A stretch of 64,000 nt of DNA from Amoebidium appalachense. Taxonomy: Eukaryota; Protista; Ichthyosporea. The position numbers were made by a program, and so were the translations under genes. The stretch lies in assembly GCA_963693365.1 (NCBI GenBank), contig CAVNZM010000013.1:5694640-5758639 (forward strand), in the 5' to 3' direction. The notes under the pieces were generated by a model. That model was not told the origin of the DNA. It ran no database searches and worked only from the letters and a program-made list of their open reading frames with translations. Below, piece after piece: positions 62,530-64,000 of this stretch; the stretch's first letter is position 1, and each line of letters opens with the position of its first letter.

Positions 62530-62925
62530 GGGGGGGTTTGAATGCGGAACACAGTACGAAGTACGCATACACGATGAGAAGCATGGTGCAGGACACATGC
62601 AAAGGCAAACATTCAAGTATGCAGCATCAGCCATGCGCACAGTATGCGTCATAAGCAGAGCCCATCCTCAGGGAGGGCTCAAGTCATCAATTGCGTCTGA
62701 GTTTCGACCCCTTAGCCCGCGTATATACGACGCTCCAACTCAGACAGCAGCATCAACTGAACTTGGGTGGGTCAACCCGTCTTGATCAAAGACGAGCAGG
62801 GTTGCTTATGCAAGCAAGGTGAGCAAAACGGTGAAGATGTGTGTGCAAACTAATGCAGTGCAGCGACAAACGCGTATGTGCTTACAGATGCACGACACAG
62901 AGCAACCATGCCCGGTTGCATGGAA
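62530..62925 (-). mobile_element. Interspersed repeat, copy D (~390 bp)
   Basis: Reverse complement of copy B over its whole length, flanked by G-runs. Confidence 0.85.
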
Positions 62926-63178
62926 GTAAAGATGTGTCCGGGGGGGGGGGGGGGGGGGGGGGAGGGGGGGGGAGAGAGAGAGAGAGAGAGAGAGAGAGCC
63001 TGTGGGGAAGGGGGAGAGGGGGAGGGGAATGGGTGGCCGTAACAGCTCCATTTTGAATATGATAATGATCATCATGTTCGAACTCAGATTCTTCAATGAA
63101 CTATGATACCGTACTGATGAGGTTTGGTGGTAAGACAAGATCCGACGCGTGGCATGCTGCATGTACACGTGTGTGTGT

Positions 63179-63214
<36 letters not shown>

Positions 63215-63377
63215 GTGTGTGTGTATTTGTGTGTGTGTGTGGTGGGGGGGGGGGGGGGGGGGGTGTCTGTGGGTGGGTGGTTGTGCATAGATTGGGGCGG
63301 GGCCGCGGGGGGAGGGGGGGGGAGGGGGACTGGACCCCTGGGCCCTCGGTCCGGGGGAAAGGGGGGCGGGGGCGGGA

Positions 63378-63409
<32 letters not shown>

Positions 63410-64000
63410 GGGGCGGAGGGGGGGGAGGGGGGGAGGGGGGGATAATGCGCTGCCGACACAGGCCGAATTATATTAGGAACTTACAGCAAAAGGGCTGAAG
63501 AGCCAACGGCAATCGTTTGCAGCCGCCAGGGAGTTTTCCACAAACGGAAGGGCAGGATTTATGATTGCAGACGGAGTAAGTACTATCCCCTTGGACTCAT
63601 GATCTGAGGTGCAGGTGCAGTGGGAGCATGTCAGCAATTGATTACCCGTGGTTGGATCTCTCAGACTGCCTACTTGTACTCCAGCCCAGCCGGCACGGGG
63701 CTCGGTTGTTGTATATAGTGCTGGTGATGACGGTGTTGACCGGGGGCATTGTCAAAGCCTTAGGTCTAAGGCAAGCAAGTGTACACTTTTTATCACAACG
63801 GGAATGTGATGATCTTTGTAGTCGTAGGATGAACATGGTACCGTTTTTGCTCCACAAATCAGATTTGCGCGTGAGCTCGAGACTCGTCTGATAGCGCTAA
63901 CTTTGAGCATCATTTCACACACCGTTTGGGGATATCTTTAAGTAACAGTTCCAGTACTCTGCCCACACACTATAACTAAATTTCCCTGCTACCTGTTCAG

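Noticed and set aside
62655-62760. Hammerhead ribozyme or C/D snoRNA in the interspersed element (GAAAC, CTGAGGA, TGATGA..CTGA motifs)
   Set aside because: The half-motifs are present, but I could not form hammerhead stem II or a canonical box spacing. A covariance-model search is needed to decide.
63480-64000. Possible exon(s) of a gene running off the window end
   Set aside because: Complex sequence, but no recognisable motif or convincing reading frame.

Overview
This is eukaryotic genomic DNA with GT-AG spliceosomal introns. It looks like an intron-rich protist, but the lineage cannot be fixed from this window alone. Introns are filled with poly-C/poly-G, (CA)n and (CT)n tracts, so most of the supplied ORF track is low-complexity noise. 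Genes rebuilt by hand: a frameshifted, intronless GH15/phosphorylase-kinase-like gene; a spliced secreted, possibly GPI-anchored protein (-); tRNA-Ala(AGC); a 14-exon DNA polymerase kappa; an intronless secreted protein with repeated short peptide motifs (-); an 8-exon MFS transporter (-); a tandem pair of 7-exon SDR oxidoreductases (first copy disrupted); and a KCTD-type BTB protein with a beta-rich C-terminus. The most unusual signals are non-coding. First, a structured interspersed repeat ends in poly(C) and lies sense to its host gene in every intronic copy. Second, a poly(A)-tailed, TSD-flanked insert carries two hairpins. Third, introns show a strand-polarised grammar, with tandem decoy copies of splice sites, including the same 14-mer donor array in two unrelated genes.
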